Both the position numbers and the translations under genes were made by a program. Of a stretch of 64,000 nt of DNA, positions 62,402 to 64,000 are shown in pieces; positions within the stretch are counted from its first letter, which is position 1; the number at the start of each line of letters is the position of its first letter. The stretch is from Cyanidioschyzon merolae (taxonomy: Eukaryota): NCBI GenBank assembly GCA_000091205.1, contig AP006496.2, one strand, 5' to 3'. Below the pieces are notes generated by a model that had not been told where the DNA came from, did no database searches, and saw only the letters and a program-made list of their open reading frames with translations.

Positions 62402-64000
62402 TGACGCAAGGAGTGAGCGTTGTCGGAGAGCGTGTTGCGATGGAGCCGCCAGCAACCGAGGCTGAGTTGCGGCTCCTCCCGGAGCTACTTGCAGTTCTCA
62501 AGGGCGCACCCAGTGAAGTTCTTCGGCATGAAGGAGAAACGTCTTTCTTTCAGGTCGCAAACTTGAGCCACGCAATTGATGACTCTGTCGTACACTTGGT
62601 GCGGTCGGTTGCCGAGGCTGGTTGGCTGTATGCTCACCGAATCCGGCCGTTTGTGCAGCCGCATCCACTCCCGGGATCGATGAAAGAGCGCTGGCGTGTC
62701 TGCAAGGATTCAACCCCTGCGCAAGAGAGTCGAACGCGAGCTGCTCTACGAAGTGCGCTCGTTGCAGAGCTCCAGCCCTACCATTTGACTTTGGATCAAG
62801 CGGAACGCATGCTTCTCCAGAATCGACTCTGTCTCCAGCAACTGGCAATGCTCATTGAGCCTCATCGTTGTACGCTGCTGCGTTGGTTAGCCATGATCGC
62901 TGAAGCTGCCGCTGAGGCAGCAAATACCGCAAACGATGCAGTTTCCATTCTGAACCTCGTGGGGAGGTTGCAGAACCATGGCGACCCCGCGGTCATTCAC
63001 ACCATGGGTCGAATCTTTTCCGAAGTTGTTCAGCCCTTACAAAGAATGGTGATTTCCTGGGTCGCGTACGGCGATCTCAAGGATGCGGGCTTCGAGTTTT
63101 TCATCCAGCTTGATGACCGAAAATTCCCTGCTTTGCACCCCGAATGCGTACCATATTGGATACCAAAACCGCTTGTAGAGCGTTTGTTCCACGCGGGACT
63201 CTCGCGGTTTCTCTGGGACAAATGGGCACAGTGCGCAACTTTCCAGAACGATGCGGTGCTTCTTGATTCGCAATACAGTCCGCCCGCAACGCTTGCCCGT
63301 ACCTCATCGTTCCTTGCATGGCTCGGATCGTTGTGCGCATCGGATGGACCTGGCAGCGGAGTCCCGGTTCGCTCGCTCTTTCTGGACCAATATCATCTCG
63401 TGCACCATCTGAGTATCCATCGCCATTTCGTGTTGCTCGAAGACGGCGATTTCGCCCTGCATTTGACAGAAAAGTTGGAGCCTGTCATGCTGCGTGCAAC
63501 CGCGAGTGTTGAACGCAGTGCCCTTCTGCAGGCACTGGTTGAAGCGCTGACGCACACTGGGCTGCATCGCGCGGGGCGAGCTGCCACAGAGCACCTGCTC
63601 GACCGCCTCGATGTGTATCTCGCGCGTCCCCAGACTCGCGATCAGGACTGTATCGCCAATGCGTTTACGCTTACCTATCTATTTCCGGATCCGATTGATT
63701 ACCTTATTCGGCAATGCCCCCATTTTGGAGAGTACAAGCGCCTCTACGGCGTTTTTTGGAAACTACGCCTTACCCAGTACCAGCTTGCTGTAGCGGCGCA
63801 CGAGCACAGCCGCCTCTATCAGGACCTCAAGCGCTGGGCGGCCCCAGGTCGTCGAATGCCGGCCCCAGCAGCGCATGACCGTGCCGGAAGCGCCGCCATT
63901 CGAACGCCGCTGGCGAACTGTGCACTCTTTCGTGCACATCTTCATCAATGCCTGCAAGCTGTTATCCAGTGTTTCTACCGGGATGTCGTGGACCCAGCCT
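62402..64000 (+). CDS. gamma-tubulin complex component (GCP/Spc97-Spc98 family), partial; continues beyond the window end
   Basis: Manual translation from ATG 62402 is open to the window end (533 codons). Segments: ..ILNLVGRLQNHGDPAVIHTMGRIFSEVVQPLQRMVISWVAYGDLKDAGFEFFIQLDD (cf. GRIP motif ..W..eG.L.DpygEFFv), HLSIHRHFVLLEDGDFALHLTEKLEP (cf. YfLLgqGDF..hl.d.l), YKRLYGVFWKLRLTQYQLAVAA. Not in the ORF track because there is no stop. Confidence 0.65.

Noticed and set aside
1-64000. Prokaryotic origin of the window, given the bacterial-looking SppA, Fe/Mn-SOD, PDH-E2 and TnpB-like genes
   Set aside because: Unambiguously eukaryotic genes are present alongside them: importin-beta, gamma-tubulin complex protein, Dim1, LCB1 with an ER TM anchor, and PTH2. 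There are also mitochondrial presequences, microsatellites, and an NLS-like extension on the TnpB homologue.

Overview
This 64 kb window is GC-rich, gene-dense eukaryotic nuclear DNA. Most genes read as single uninterrupted ORFs and they alternate strands, which fits a compact, intron-poor genome (stramenopile-, fungal- or protist-like). The exact organism cannot be determined from the sequence alone.

About 18 ordinary genes are recognisable by reading the translations: LCB1 serine palmitoyltransferase (partial), a secreted trefoil-domain mucin-like protein, PDH E2, an alpha/beta hydrolase, a PHO84-type phosphate transporter, a nucleotide-sugar/TPT transporter, a photolyase-like N-terminal domain protein, Fe/Mn-SOD, a 1771-aa Upf1-like SF1 helicase, an importin-beta family protein, a possible DCC1-like protein, a RUS/DUF647 protein, GNA1, an IAH1-like SGNH hydrolase, a Dim1/Dim2 (TXNL4) protein, PTH2, a signal peptide peptidase SppA (family S49), and a gamma-tubulin complex component (partial).

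The main non-housekeeping signal is a recently amplified repeat of about 2.5-2.7 kb, present as 7 copies or fragments (F1-F7). Each copy encodes a roughly 750-aa protein with the signatures of the TnpB/Fanzor RNA-guided RuvC nuclease family: a RuvC-I motif 'GADPGxTNI', a Cys-containing zinc-finger-like region, and a RuvC-III motif 'NRDLNAAINI', preceded by a basic, NLS-like N-terminus. Every copy in the window has a stop codon and/or frameshifts, so all look decayed or non-autonomous; F3 and F5 are closest to intact. The copies share a conserved ~70-nt noncoding segment just after the stop codon, the position where an omega-RNA scaffold would be expected. They also contain an in-frame 75-bp (25-aa) acidic variable-number tandem repeat (VNTR) present in 1-4 units.

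Three further short repeat families (R2 about 330 bp, X about 300 bp, R3 about 590 bp) are interleaved with the Fanzor-like copies and sit in gene promoters. Several Fanzor copies end within a few tens of bp of host gene start codons (the SF1 helicase, PTH2).

All family assignments come from motif-level reading of translations. No database search was run.
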